A stretch of DNA of 61,064 nt, the filler included. It is 4 parts of 4 records of this genome, joined end to end, with 100 filler letters (N's around TTAATTAATTAA, not from the genome) between each part and the next. Parts side by side here need not be neighbours in the genome. Positions count along the whole stretch, not along the records: positions 52,226 to 61,064 come from SRR22947725_4569; 3 more parts are not named here. One strand, written 5' to 3'. Positions within the stretch are counted from its first letter, which is position 1. Each line of letters opens with the position of its first letter. Positions 61,064-61,064 of the stretch are shown one piece after another. The notes under the pieces are model-generated. The model was not told the origin of the DNA and ran no database searches. It saw only the letters and a list, made by a program, of their open reading frames with translations. Both the position numbers and the translations under genes were made by a program.

Positions 61064-61064
61064 T

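Noticed and set aside
52226-61064. Helicase-nuclease pair as a defence system
   Set aside because: This is the canonical alphaproteobacterial tsaE-amgK-murU-addB-addA-trxA housekeeping operon; nothing unusual seen.
1-61064. CRISPR arrays, rRNA, intact tRNA, transposases
   Set aside because: No regularly spaced direct repeats, cas genes, cloverleafs or transposase motifs were seen by eye. Short or degenerate elements could have been missed.

Overview
This window is not one locus. It is four unrelated contigs joined by 100-nt artificial spacers (N-runs flanking TTAATTAATTAA at 14293-14392, 35006-35105 and 52126-52225). Taxonomic labels are inferred from gene content, order and base composition by eye. 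(1) 1-14292 is a GC-rich actinobacterium (Microbacteriaceae-like). It carries pcrA, sucCD, a DUF6350 membrane gene, purN, purH, a GNAT, icd, purU, glyA with a ZMP/ZTP riboswitch, folD, tdk, a metallophosphoesterase and a PASTA-containing PBP fragment. It also has an unannotated 38-aa Cys-rich peptide gene behind a CsoR-family-like operator, and a TamR-like palindrome before icd. (2) 14393-35005 is a PVC-superphylum bacterium (Verrucomicrobia/Opitutae-like). It carries serS-tilS-ftsH, the PVC small basic protein, cutA, rpoZ, smpB, trmL, a decayed glycosyltransferase remnant, a tandem DUF1080 protein, a 21-aa-period LRR protein, a CrtI-like oxidoreductase-fabZ-fabI-oleA-oleB lipid operon, xerC, YceI and cysC-cysD-cysN. 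It ends at a tmRNA 3'-end fragment that looks like an integration site. (3) 35106-52125 is an AT-rich marine alphaproteobacterial catabolic region. It has two divergent GcvT/dimethylglycine-dehydrogenase-like genes, a Liv-type ABC transporter, a Ser/Thr-type proline-racemase homologue, a hydrolase, a ureohydrolase and an alpha-hydroxy-acid oxidase. It also has a coupled operon of a ThDP enzyme, an atypical transthyretin-like protein, a DmdA-like demethylase and an acyl-CoA dehydrogenase. (4) 52226-61064 is very AT-rich alphaproteobacterial housekeeping DNA: tsaE-amgK-murU-addB-addA-trxA plus the end of nadC. The best candidates for undescribed biology are the ThDP/TTR-like/DmdA-like operon, the desaturase-FAS II-Ole operon and the CsoR-box-controlled Cys-rich micropeptide. 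No CRISPR array, rRNA, intact tRNA or transposase was seen.
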